Part shown: positions 31,193 through 40,003 of the stretch, in pieces
Numbering within the stretch: the stretch's first letter is position 1
Layout: every line of letters starts with the position of its first letter
NCBI GenBank assembly: GCA_963734535.1
Contig: CAVTHS010000011.1
Coordinates: 4,789-68,788, forward strand
Direction: 5' to 3'
DNA length: 64,000 nt
Origin: an uncultured Chloroflexia bacterium
GTDB lineage: Bacteria > Chloroflexota > Limnocylindria > Limnocylindrales > CSP1-4
Made by a program: the position numbers and the translations under genes
The notes under the pieces: model-generated
Databases searched by the model: none
Seen by the model: the letters and a program-made list of their open reading frames with translations, nothing else
Told to the model about the DNA's origin: nothing

Positions 31193-32568
31193 TGTCGGTC
31201 CGCATGGCCGGCAGGGACCTGAGCGCCGACCCGCGGGTGCTCGCATCCGGGCTGCGCCGTGCGATCGGTGCCATGCCGCGGCCGCTGCGAGCGTGGTACG
31301 GCCTGCTCATCCTGCTCTGCCTGGTCGGGGCCGTCGGGGCCGCCCTGAGCATCCCGCCGGGCTGGGAGGTGCTGGGCACGAGTCCCTCCTTCGAGTGGGG
31401 GATCCTCATCGCAGCCTATGTCTTCTTCGCGATCACCACGAGCGGGCTCTGCCTCGCGTCGTCGCTGGGCACAGTGTTCGGGATCGAGATGTTCATCCCG
31501 CTCGAGAAGCGCCATGCGATCCTGGCCCTGCTCTGCCTCGTGACCGCCTTCGGGATCATCGCGCTCGATCTCCACTTCCCGGTCCGGATGGTCTTTGGGG
31601 CGGTCCTGAGCCCCTCGCTCCGATCGCCCATGTGGTGGATGGGCGTGTTCTACGGCGCCTACCTCGTGTTCCTCGTCATCGAGGTGGCGAGCATGTTCAC
31701 GGGGCGCTGGCGGATCCACCGGGTCGCCTGCGTCCTCTCCTCGATCACCGCGATCGTCGCGCCGACCACTCTCGGCGCGGTCTTCGGGGTCCTTGCGTCC
31801 CGCCCCTACTGGCACGGCGCGTTCACGCCCCCGGCGATGGTGTCGGCGGCGCTGCTCTCCGGCACGGCGCTCCTCGGGATCGTCTTCTACGGCGTTCACC
31901 GGTTCCGCCTCGCGGGCTACGAGCGGGCCGAGCGGCTCGCGATCCCCGCGATCCGGCTCCTGCTCACGATCACGCTCGCCGTGACGGTGCTCCTCGTCGG
32001 CTGGCAGATCGCGTGGGGGCTCTACGGGGACGTCCCGGGCCTGTCCGACGCGACCGCTGCGATCCTCGTCGGGCCCCTGGCGCTGCCGTTCTGGGTTCTC
32101 CGGATCCTGCTGGGCCTCGCGGTGCCGCTCATCCTCCTGGTGCTCCCCCGGACGCGGACGCCCGCGGGACTCGCCGCCGCCGCCGGCCTGGCCATGGTCG
32201 GGCTCTTCGCCGACCGGGGGATCTTCGTGTTCGCGGGCCAGGTCGTGCCGAGCACGGCGGTAGCGGGCGTGAAATCCTCCCCCTTCGCGCCGTACGTGCC
32301 GTCGCTCGTCGAAGTCAGCGTCGTCGTCGGGGCGCTCGCGGCGCTCGTGCTGGCCTATACGCTCGCCGAGCGCTGCCTGCCGATGGGCGAGCACTCAGGG
32401 CACGCCACCGGCGCGTTCCTCGGCTCCGCTGACGGTGCGGGAGTCGTTGACGCGAGGCCCGCCACGCCGGTCCCGTCCGCGCCGATCATCTCCGCGGCTC
32501 CGGTCGCCTCGCCGACGCCCGCCTTCGCCCCGGTCGCCCTGCATGACGGCACCGGAGCGGTGCTGTGA
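31192..32568 (+). CDS. NrfD/PsrC-family integral membrane quinone-interacting subunit
   Basis: About 10 TM helices with NrfD-like spacing. The ATG overlaps the upstream TGA (TGATG). It has a ~70-aa Ala/Pro-rich C-terminal tail. Confidence 0.85.
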   Translation: MSVRMAGRDLSADPRVLASGLRRAIGAMPRPLRAWYGLLILLCLVGAVGAALSIPPGWEVLGTSPSFEWGILIAAYVFFAITTSGLCLASSLGTVFGIEMFIPLEKRHAILALLCLVTAFGIIALDLHFPVRMVFGAVLSPSLRSPMWWMGVFYGAYLVFLVIEVASMFTGRWRIHRVACVLSSITAIVAPTTLGAVFGVLASRPYWHGAFTPPAMVSAALLSGTALLGIVFYGVHRFRLAGYERAERLAIPAIRLLLTITLAVTVLLVGWQIAWGLYGDVPGLSDATAAILVGPLALPFWVLRILLGLAVPLILLVLPRTRTPAGLAAAAGLAMVGLFADRGIFVFAGQVVPSTAVAGVKSSPFAPYVPSLVEVSVVVGALAALVLAYTLAERCLPMGEHSGHATGAFLGSADGAGVVDARPATPVPSAPIISAAPVASPTPAFAPVALHDGTGAVL

Positions 32569-33461
32569 GGGCGCTCCGAAGGCGCGGCGTCGTCCTCGCG
32601 GTCGTCGGCGTCGTCGCCGCGGTGGCCATCGGTGCGGCAGCGGGCGTCGGAATCGTCAACTCGAGGCTGATCGACTCCCTTGTCGCCGGCGTGCCTGTCG
32701 TGGCCCCCGCGCCGGGTACGGCATCGTCCGCGCCGGGTGCCACCTCCGGCCCCGGCTCGACGGGACGCCCCGGCTCGACGGACGTGCCGGCCCCCGCGGT
32801 ATCCCCGGGTTCGCCGACCACCCCCGGACCCTCCGCGGCCCGCCCGGGGGCATCGCCGGCCGCACCGGCGCTCGCCCTCACGCTGGAGATGCCGGCCGGG
32901 GCCGACTGCCTCGGCTGTCATACGATGGCTGCGGGCGGCGTGGGCACCGCCACGGTGCCGCCGATCGGCCATCCCCTCGCGGGCTGGACGAGCTGCACGT
33001 CGTGCCATGCCAACGACAGCCTGGTGAGGACTGCGCCCGGCCATTCGGGCATCCACGCCGATCAATGCCTCCTCTGCCACACCGCCACGACCCCGGCCGC
33101 GGTGGACCGCCCGCACTCCGCCCGCCAGGACGTGCCCTGCCTCAGCTGCCATGGGAAGACGGCGCCGCTGCCCGACAGCATGAAGAACCGATCGGAGACG
33201 ACCTGCTGGCTGTGCCACCCGGCGTCGGCCGCGCAGGCCCCGCGCTATCCCCATCCGACGCCCGCCGACGGCATCTGCCTCGGCTGCCACAGCGCCGCCA
33301 AGCTGGGTGCGCTCCCCGCCGACCACGTCGGGCGAACGAACAGCCAGTGCTCCGCCTGCCATGCCCCGGACTCGAAGCCGGCGCCCACCGCGCCCCACGA
33401 CCTGGCCTCGCGCGCCGGGATGTGCGCCTTCTGCCACCTCGCGGGGAAGCCGAGCGACTAG
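32565..33461 (+). CDS. membrane-anchored octahaem c-type cytochrome
   Basis: GTGA overlap with nrfD-like stop, an N-terminal TM helix and a Pro/Ser/Thr/Gly linker. Eight CxxCH motifs (CLGCH, CTSCH, CLLCH, CLSCH, CWLCH, CLGCH, CSACH, CAFCH). Confidence 0.85.
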   Translation: MRALRRRGVVLAVVGVVAAVAIGAAAGVGIVNSRLIDSLVAGVPVVAPAPGTASSAPGATSGPGSTGRPGSTDVPAPAVSPGSPTTPGPSAARPGASPAAPALALTLEMPAGADCLGCHTMAAGGVGTATVPPIGHPLAGWTSCTSCHANDSLVRTAPGHSGIHADQCLLCHTATTPAAVDRPHSARQDVPCLSCHGKTAPLPDSMKNRSETTCWLCHPASAAQAPRYPHPTPADGICLGCHSAAKLGALPADHVGRTNSQCSACHAPDSKPAPTAPHDLASRAGMCAFCHLAGKPSD

Positions 33462-33922
33462 ATCCGCGAGGGTCACGGCCGCCGAGCGGACCGGCGTGGC
33501 CGCGGGCCGCCAGCCCGATCGGCGGTCAACGACGTCGATGAACCCGCGGGAGTTGGTCAGCACAGCCCGAATGGGGCCTCCCACCCGCGGTTCGAGCGGA
33601 ATCGCACGTGAAGTCAACACCCCGGGGCGGCGCGCGCCCTCAAGCCGCGGCGCCGGCCGCGCGGCGGACCAGCGGCGCGAGCTCCGCGGTCCGGCTGAGC
33701 ACGAGCTCGACCCGCGACGTCGAGGCGGGCTCCTGTGGAAAGGGTCCCCGAGCGGCGGCTGCCCTCAAGACGTCAGTCCGGCGACTCGCGTGTTCAGATC
33801 ACGTGCGATTCTGCAGGTCTGCGGGAAGACAGGCGTGCCACGATCGCCGGAGACGGGCCCGCCACGACCGCCGAAGCTCGGCCCGCCCCGAGGCCCGCCG
33901 CGGGCCCCGCGGGCCCCGGCCA

Positions 33923-34594
33923 TTACAGGTCGGCGACGTCGATGATCCCGCGTCGGATCGCGTACTTGAGCAGCTCCACCCGGTCGTGGAAGCCGAGCTT
34001 CTCCATGACATTCGCCCTGTAGTTGTGAATCGTCTGTTCCGCCAGGTGGAGCGTCAGGGCGATCTCCCGATTGGTGTGGCCGATCGCGGCGAGCAGCATG
34101 ACCTCGCGCTCCCGGTCATTCAGGCTCTCGTACGGGTCCGCGAGGATCCCTTGCGGCGCCTTGAGGACGTACGTGTTGACCATCCTCGTCACGATCGCAG
34201 GGCTGACGTATGTCTGGCCGCGCGCCACGGAGCGCAGGGCCGTGACGACGTCGGCTGGCTCCGCCTCGCGCGTGATGAAACCATCCGCGCCCGCCTTGAG
34301 GGCGAGCGAGAACTGCTCGGAGCTGCCCCGGCACTCGAGCGCGAGGATCTTCGTGGCCGGCCGGGCCGCGCGGATCGACTCGATCGACTCGAACGACGTG
34401 CATCCGGCGCGGTCGAACGGGAGGCACTCGGCGATGACGACGTCGGCGACCGTGCGCGCGATCTCGTCGCGAAGGGCCTCGCGGCCGCCGACCTCGCCGA
34501 TCACCTTCATGTCGGGCTCGGCGTCGACCACCTCGCGGAGCCCAACGTTGAGCATCGGGAACTCGAAGATGGCCAGGAGGACGCCCAGCTTCAT
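33923..34594 (-). CDS. LuxR/NarL-type regulator with a degenerate receiver (phospho-acceptor Asp replaced)
   Basis: HTH LNDREREVMLLAAIGHTNREIALTLHLAEQTIHNYRANVMEKLG. In the receiver, VLLAIFEFPML replaces LIVDDHP and DVVIAECLP replaces DxxLLDLxMP. It is a paralogue of the 28840 gene. An alternative ATG lies at 34630. Confidence 0.8.
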   Translation of the reverse strand: MKLGVLLAIFEFPMLNVGLREVVDAEPDMKVIGEVGGREALRDEIARTVADVVIAECLPFDRAGCTSFESIESIRAARPATKILALECRGSSEQFSLALKAGADGFITREAEPADVVTALRSVARGQTYVSPAIVTRMVNTYVLKAPQGILADPYESLNDREREVMLLAAIGHTNREIALTLHLAEQTIHNYRANVMEKLGFHDRVELLKYAIRRGIIDVADL

Positions 34595-34635
34595 CCCGTT
34601 CCCCGGTCCATGCCCGTCCGTTCGCACCATGCGGA

Positions 34636-35205
34636 TCAGCCCTTCGGGAGGTCGGTTGGCGTGCCGGGAACGCCGTTCCCGCCGAACGTCGCGTCGACCT
34701 CGGCCCGGATCTCGGCCAGGGAGCGGCCCTCCCCGATCCGCTGCTTGGCGAGGAGCGCGGTCTGGACGCATACGTCGCAGAAGGAGGCGTGCTGCTCGAA
34801 CGCGACCGCCCCGGCCGTCATCCGTGCTCGCAGGAAGCAGTCCAGGTTGCTGCGGTGCTGCATCGACGCGCAGCCGCAGTAGCAGGGCATCCAGCGGATC
34901 ACATCCGGCCGCTCGAGCGCGTAGCGATACGCTTCCTGGACCCGTGCGTCCGCCCCGCGCACGTAGTCGGGCCGCGCCGCCCAGGCGGTCTCGACGGCTG
35001 CCGCATCGGTGCCCGGATCTCGCGAGGCAGCGCCGGGCATCTCCGTCGCCGATGCGACCGAGGCGCCCATCGTCGGCATGACCGTCGCGTTCGCACCCCC
35101 GCCGCACGCGGCCACCAGGCCACCCGATAGGGCTAGGACGAGGACGGCCAGCGTACCGGTGATCGCCCGACGACGGTGCGACCGGGCTGTAGCGGGGACG
35201 CGCAT
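34636..35205 (-). CDS. PCYCGC-motif lipoprotein
   Basis: MRVPATARSHRRRAITGTLAVLVLALSGGLVAACGG is a lipoprotein signal, followed by RWMPCYCGCASMQHRSNLDCF and FCDVC Cys motifs. Confidence 0.7.
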   Translation of the reverse strand: MRVPATARSHRRRAITGTLAVLVLALSGGLVAACGGGANATVMPTMGASVASATEMPGAASRDPGTDAAAVETAWAARPDYVRGADARVQEAYRYALERPDVIRWMPCYCGCASMQHRSNLDCFLRARMTAGAVAFEQHASFCDVCVQTALLAKQRIGEGRSLAEIRAEVDATFGGNGVPGTPTDLPKG

Positions 35206-35228
35206 GGTGAGCTCCTTCCCTCGGATCG

Positions 35229-36932
35229 TCATGGGACGGCTCCGGTGGGTGGACGATCGGCGGGCAAGGTCGCGACGGTGGGCGGACGGTCGGCGGGCAG
35301 GGCCGCGACCAGCGGCCAGCTGATCCCCTCGACGATGGCGCCCTCGGGCTGGGTGATGAACGGCGCGGTGACCGGAAGCACCTTCTCCGCGTGGCAGCGG
35401 GCGCAGTAGACCGGCTGGTGACAGTAGGCGCAGGCCCCGTTGCCCTGGTCGCGGATCACCTGGGCGTGGTTGGTCATCATCGTGTCGTGCTTCACGGTCA
35501 CGGCGCCGGTCTTGTGGCAGTTGACGCAGTAGTCGCGAGCGTGACATCCACCGCACGACTGGCCGCCCGGGTCCACCGACGTCGCCACGCTCCGATGGGT
35601 GAAGACGTACAGGGGGTCGGCGTGGGTCGATGGCGGCTGGCCGAGCGGCAGGCTGGCGATTGCCGTCCCGATCTGGGGGAACGTGTGGCACGTGTCGCAG
35701 GTGGAGGGGATGACCTCATTCGTGATCGTGCCGTCCTTCACCAGGAAGTGGCCGCCGTCGTGGCAGCGGAAGCAGCCGGGGAAGTCCAGGTGGCCGAGGT
35801 TGTCCGGGTAGGAGGCTGCCGTCACCTTCATGTCGGGCGTGGCCGCGAGGCGGTAGAGGAGCTTGATCTGGGCGACTGCCTGGCCGATCGCCGTCGCCCG
35901 GGTCGCGGCGACATCCGGGTAGTTGAGCGAGTAGAAGCTCGCGAGCTTGTCCGCCTCCGCGTCGGCGGTCGGCACGTCGGGGAACGCGGACCAGAGAATT
36001 CGCATCGCCTCCCGCTTGATGAACGGGAGCGTCGGGTCGATCTGGCCGGAGACGAGCTTCGCGTCCGTGCTCAGGCCAGGGTTCGGAATCGGGTGGCCCA
36101 CCCGGTTGTGACACGTGATGCAGTCCATCTTCCGGTTCGGCTCGGTGGCCTTGATCTTCGCGATGTCGGGCCTGACGTCCTCCGCGACGCCCACCTTGTC
36201 CTGGGCGATGAACTCCTCGACCGTCCCGTCGGAACGCGTCACGGCGACGTAGTCGATCTTCTGGGCGTTCGCGGAGGGGGCCCGGAACTGGACGTCGGAG
36301 AGCACGTGCCAGTGCACGCTGCGCCTCACGTCCGCGACGTCCCCCGAGCCGGGCCGGATCATGAGCCCGACGAACTGGCGCGTGTTCGCCTGGTCCTCGG
36401 TGAACGTGGTCCGCGTCACGAGGTTGACGGTCGCCAGCCGCTCGAGCGAGTGACAGCGCAGGCACGTGTCGGCGACCGGAGGAAGGTCGGAGTGGTCCGG
36501 AGGCGGCACGGGCTTCGGATAGAGGCCCGTGATCACCTGGATCAGCTGCTTCGTGCCGTTGAGCTTGGCCTTGATCCAGCCCTCGACGCCCGGCTCCACG
36601 TGGCACTCGCCGCAGGTGACGTCCCGATGCGGGCCCGCGTCGTACGCCGCGAGCTCGGGCCCCATCTGGTGGCAGCGCCCGCAGAAGCTCGCAGTCTCCG
36701 TCCACTGGATGAGCGTGACGCCCGTCCAGACGGCAGCGAACCCGAGAGCGCCGAACACCAGGAGCAGCGCGAAGATGCCCGTCCGCGAGCGCGGAACCCG
36801 CAGCCGCGGAAGGCGGCGGCGCCGACGAGCCGGCTCCTCGGCCGCGGGAGTGGTCGCCCGAGCCGTCTCCGGCGGCATGTCGGACGGCATGGCCGGACCG
36901 CCGCCTTGGGCGTGCGTTCCGGGCTCGCTCAT
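35229..36932 (-). CDS. NapC/NirT(NrfH)-type membrane-anchored multihaem cytochrome, ten CxxCH
   Basis: An N-terminal TM helix followed by SFCGRCH...TCGECH...KLNG...CLRCH, the NapC/NirT quinol-dehydrogenase layout. Seven further CxxCH follow (CITCH, CFRCH, CDTCH, CGGCH, CVNCH, CAYCH, CARCH). Confidence 0.85.
   Translation of the reverse strand: MSEPGTHAQGGGPAMPSDMPPETARATTPAAEEPARRRRRLPRLRVPRSRTGIFALLLVFGALGFAAVWTGVTLIQWTETASFCGRCHQMGPELAAYDAGPHRDVTCGECHVEPGVEGWIKAKLNGTKQLIQVITGLYPKPVPPPDHSDLPPVADTCLRCHSLERLATVNLVTRTTFTEDQANTRQFVGLMIRPGSGDVADVRRSVHWHVLSDVQFRAPSANAQKIDYVAVTRSDGTVEEFIAQDKVGVAEDVRPDIAKIKATEPNRKMDCITCHNRVGHPIPNPGLSTDAKLVSGQIDPTLPFIKREAMRILWSAFPDVPTADAEADKLASFYSLNYPDVAATRATAIGQAVAQIKLLYRLAATPDMKVTAASYPDNLGHLDFPGCFRCHDGGHFLVKDGTITNEVIPSTCDTCHTFPQIGTAIASLPLGQPPSTHADPLYVFTHRSVATSVDPGGQSCGGCHARDYCVNCHKTGAVTVKHDTMMTNHAQVIRDQGNGACAYCHQPVYCARCHAEKVLPVTAPFITQPEGAIVEGISWPLVAALPADRPPTVATLPADRPPTGAVP
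35244..35309. repeat. 2 x 33-bp imperfect tandem repeat encoding the C-terminal ATLPADRPPT duplication of the decahaem
   Basis: GGTGGGTGGACGATCGGCGGGCAAGGTCGCGAC is followed directly by GGTGGGCGGACGGTCGGCGGGCAGGGCCGCGAC. Confidence 0.8.
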
Positions 36933-36945
36933 CGGGTGGACCTCG

Positions 36946-37545
36946 TCAGCCCTTGACGAGCTGCTGCACCAGCTGCTCCATGTCGCCCGGCGAGAGCCGG
37001 CCGATGCGCACGTCGCGAATCAGGCCGTCACGCCCGATGAAGAAGTGGATCGGGATGCCGTAGGTTCGGTAGAGGTCGGCGATCCGGCCGGACGGGTCCG
37101 CGACCATCGGGAAGGTGAAGCCGACCCGCTTCGCGTAGTCCTGGACGGCGGCCAGGTCCTCCTGGATGAAGACGCCGAGCACCGCCAGCCCCTGCGGCTT
37201 GTACTTCGCGTACGTGGCCTCGAGGTCGGTTGCCTCGGCGCGGCAGTCAGGGCACCAGCTGGCGCCGAAGGTCAGCCAGGTGGGCTGACCCTTGAGCGCG
37301 GCAATGGAGACCGCCGAGCCGTCGAGGGCAGTCGCCTGGAAGTCGGGCGGCAGGTTGCCCGCGCGCGGGGGCGAGCCGGCCGCCGCTCCTCCCGGCACGA
37401 GGGTCACCCCGTCGTCTGCGGGCTTGTCGACGACCCAGGCCACGACCCCGACGAGTGTCGCCGTCACGGCCAGGACGAGGAGGGTCCGCAGGCGGCCCGC
37501 GGCCAGACCGACCGGCCGCGACGCCGGGATCTGGATCACATCCAT
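36946..37545 (-). CDS. resA: membrane-anchored thioredoxin-like thiol:disulfide oxidoreductase (ResA/TlpA family)
   Basis: TM anchor and active site FGASWCPDCRAE, within a cytochrome c maturation gene context. Confidence 0.85.
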   Translation of the reverse strand: MDVIQIPASRPVGLAAGRLRTLLVLAVTATLVGVVAWVVDKPADDGVTLVPGGAAAGSPPRAGNLPPDFQATALDGSAVSIAALKGQPTWLTFGASWCPDCRAEATDLEATYAKYKPQGLAVLGVFIQEDLAAVQDYAKRVGFTFPMVADPSGRIADLYRTYGIPIHFFIGRDGLIRDVRIGRLSPGDMEQLVQQLVKG

Positions 37546-37574
37546 GGCCGTCTCCGTTCGTCAGCCGGCCCGGC

Positions 37575-38459
37575 TCAGGCCAGGCCGCTGTAGCTGTGAA
37601 GCCCGCCGAAGAAGAGATTGCCGAAGTAGGTGAGGAGCGTGGCGCCGAAGCCGACCAGGAGCAGGAGGGCCGCCTTGTTGCCGCGCCACCCGCGGACCAC
37701 CCGGGCGTGGAGGTAGGCACCGTAGATGAGCCACGTCACGAGCGATGCGGTCTCCTTCGGGTCCCAGCTCCAGTACGTGCCCCATGCGGTGTCGGCCCAG
37801 ACGGCGCCGAGGACCACGGTGAGGGTCAGGAAGGGGAAGCCGATGACGATCGCGCGATAGCCGATCTCGTCGAGCACTCCGGGCTTCGGCAGGCCCCAGC
37901 GGCCGGTCGCCGGCTGAATCAGGTAGAGGAGCGCCGCGGCGAACGCGATCGTGAACGAGCCGTAGGCGACGATGGCGGTCGCGACGTGAACGGTGAGGAG
38001 CATGTTGTTCTGGAGCGCGGGGATCAGCGGCTCGATGCTCGCCGGGACGGTCGCGGCGTAGGCCAGCAGCGCGAGCGCGACGGGGAGGGCCAGGAGGCCC
38101 AGGATGCGCTGGTGGTATTTCCGCTCGAACCAGTAGTAGGCGCACAGGATCCCGAAGGCGAAGGCGATCGAGAACTCGTACATGTTGGAGAACGGGCCGT
38201 GGCCTGTGGCGATCGTCCGGAAGACCAGGCTCGCCGCGATGGCGAAGACGCTCAGCCCGCCCAGGAGGGTCGCGTAGTGCCCGATGGAGGCGGTCCGGGG
38301 CCCCGACGTGAAGCCGATCCCCCCGGTCGTCATCGGGACGCCCGCGGCGGCCATCCGGGCGGCCCGGACACCCGAAAGGGCATAGAGGACATAGCCGGCG
38401 AGGGCGAGGAACGTGCTCAGCGTCCCTGCGACGAAGGCGTATTCGGCGAGCTTTCCCAT
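37575..38459 (-). CDS. ccsA: cytochrome c biogenesis protein CcsB/ResC (haem-handling, WWD domain)
   Basis: Trp-rich motif WADTAWGTYWSWDPKETASL and multiple TM helices. ATG at 38459. Confidence 0.9.
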   Translation of the reverse strand: MGKLAEYAFVAGTLSTFLALAGYVLYALSGVRAARMAAAGVPMTTGGIGFTSGPRTASIGHYATLLGGLSVFAIAASLVFRTIATGHGPFSNMYEFSIAFAFGILCAYYWFERKYHQRILGLLALPVALALLAYAATVPASIEPLIPALQNNMLLTVHVATAIVAYGSFTIAFAAALLYLIQPATGRWGLPKPGVLDEIGYRAIVIGFPFLTLTVVLGAVWADTAWGTYWSWDPKETASLVTWLIYGAYLHARVVRGWRGNKAALLLLVGFGATLLTYFGNLFFGGLHSYSGLA

Positions 38460-38472
38460 GGTGCGGCGCTCC

Positions 38473-39990
38473 TCAGCTGCGCGCCGGGCCCGTGACGGCC
38501 TGGCGGATGTCCGTGACGAGAGACGTGAACTCGGCGTCGAGGTCGCTGTCCCGGCGGCCGACCGCCGCGACGGAGAGCGAGCTGCCGCCGTCGGGCCGCG
38601 GTGCGAGCTGGCCCCAGATCCGGCGATAGGGGACGAAGAGGCGGACCATGAACCCCACGACCAGGAGGAGGCAGCCCAGCCACACGATCGGCGTCCCCGG
38701 ATCCTTGGCGACATTGAGGCCCGTGTACTTGGTCTCGCGGTCGAACGTGTATGTCAGGCCCTCGATCGTCGTCGGCGTGCCCTGGTCAATCGACTTCTGG
38801 ACGATCGGGTTGCCGGTGTCGGAGGCGTACAGCTCGATCGCCACCTGGCCGGGCTTGACGCTCGGGTCGTCGGGACCAGTGGTGGCAACCACCCAGACCG
38901 CGATGTTCTGGCCCGGGAGGGAGAACGTGCCGACCTTGTTGCCCCCGTTGTTCGAGGTCCAGGCGAGCGGCACGCCCGCGGAGTAGAGCGTCGCGCCCTT
39001 CGCGTCCTTCACGGTCACGACCGCGGCCGGCCCGAAGAACGCCTGGTAGAACGAGACGTCGCCGTAGCGCAACGGCTCGTTGACCCGGACCTGCTGCTGG
39101 GCCACGGTCCGGCCGTCGCGGGTGAGGACCACGTCGCTCACGTAGTCGGACGGAGCCCCGGTGTCCGGGTAGTACGTGTCCTTGAAGGAGTTGAGCGTGA
39201 TGGAAAGGCCCGGCTCCGTTGGCACGGCCGACGTGGCGCCCTCCGCGAGCATGAACTGCGAGTCGCGGAAGCCCCACATGGAGCCGACCATCGCCCCAGC
39301 CAGGATGACCACGATGCTGAAGTGGCCTGCGATCCCGGCCCACGGCTGCCAGCGGTTGCGGTCGGCGTAGATGCGGACCGTTCCGTCGTCCTGGGCGACC
39401 GTCCGGTAGTGGCGGCGCTTGAGGACCTGCTCCGTCGCGGCGAGGACGTCGGCCGGGGCGCGGTGGAAGGTCATCTGCTCGTGCTGCGGCGCATGCTCGA
39501 AGAACGTCGGGCCCACGTTCACGTGCGGCTTCGTCATGGTCCGCCACGTGCCCGGGATGCGGTGGAGCGTGCAGGCGATCGTGGAGGCGGCGAGGAGCGC
39601 GCCGATGGCCCGCAGCCAGACCGACTGGAAGATCGTGAAGAACTGGAGCTGGTCCAGGACTCCGGTCCATCCGCCGTACTTCGGGCGGACCTCCGCGAGC
39701 CAGCCGGCCCGCGCCTGCGGGTCGTCGGCGACGCCTGCGGGCATCTGGATCAGGAGCGTGCCGACGAGCCCAAAGGCCGCGAAGGCGAGGATCAGGAGCA
39801 GCCCGAACTTCATCGAGGTGAGCAGACCCCAGAGACGGTCCAGCGCCGAGTCGAGGGCGCCGGTCCGGCCGGTCGCGGCGATGGTCGGCAGCCCGTCGGC
39901 AGGCAGCGCGCCGGTCAGGGCCGGCACGGCGGCAGCCCCGGACGGCAGGGTGCCGGCCGCAAGGTTCTGGGTTCTCGTCGTGTGTGCCAT
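38473..39990 (-). CDS. resB: cytochrome c biogenesis protein ResB/Ccs1
   Basis: LTSMKFGLLLILAFAAFGLVGTLI-type N-terminus, a large extracytoplasmic loop and a C-terminal KDPGTPIVWLGCLLLVVG helix. Confidence 0.9.
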   Translation of the reverse strand: MAHTTRTQNLAAGTLPSGAAAVPALTGALPADGLPTIAATGRTGALDSALDRLWGLLTSMKFGLLLILAFAAFGLVGTLLIQMPAGVADDPQARAGWLAEVRPKYGGWTGVLDQLQFFTIFQSVWLRAIGALLAASTIACTLHRIPGTWRTMTKPHVNVGPTFFEHAPQHEQMTFHRAPADVLAATEQVLKRRHYRTVAQDDGTVRIYADRNRWQPWAGIAGHFSIVVILAGAMVGSMWGFRDSQFMLAEGATSAVPTEPGLSITLNSFKDTYYPDTGAPSDYVSDVVLTRDGRTVAQQQVRVNEPLRYGDVSFYQAFFGPAAVVTVKDAKGATLYSAGVPLAWTSNNGGNKVGTFSLPGQNIAVWVVATTGPDDPSVKPGQVAIELYASDTGNPIVQKSIDQGTPTTIEGLTYTFDRETKYTGLNVAKDPGTPIVWLGCLLLVVGFMVRLFVPYRRIWGQLAPRPDGGSSLSVAAVGRRDSDLDAEFTSLVTDIRQAVTGPARS

Positions 39991-40003
39991 TCGTGCGCCT
40001 CCG

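Noticed and set aside
30571-32568. 665-aa version of the NrfD-like protein starting at 30571
   Set aside because: The first ~207 codons overlap the FeS-protein gene out of frame and are Arg/Pro-rich. The hydrophobic NrfD body begins at ATG 31192, which overlaps the upstream stop.
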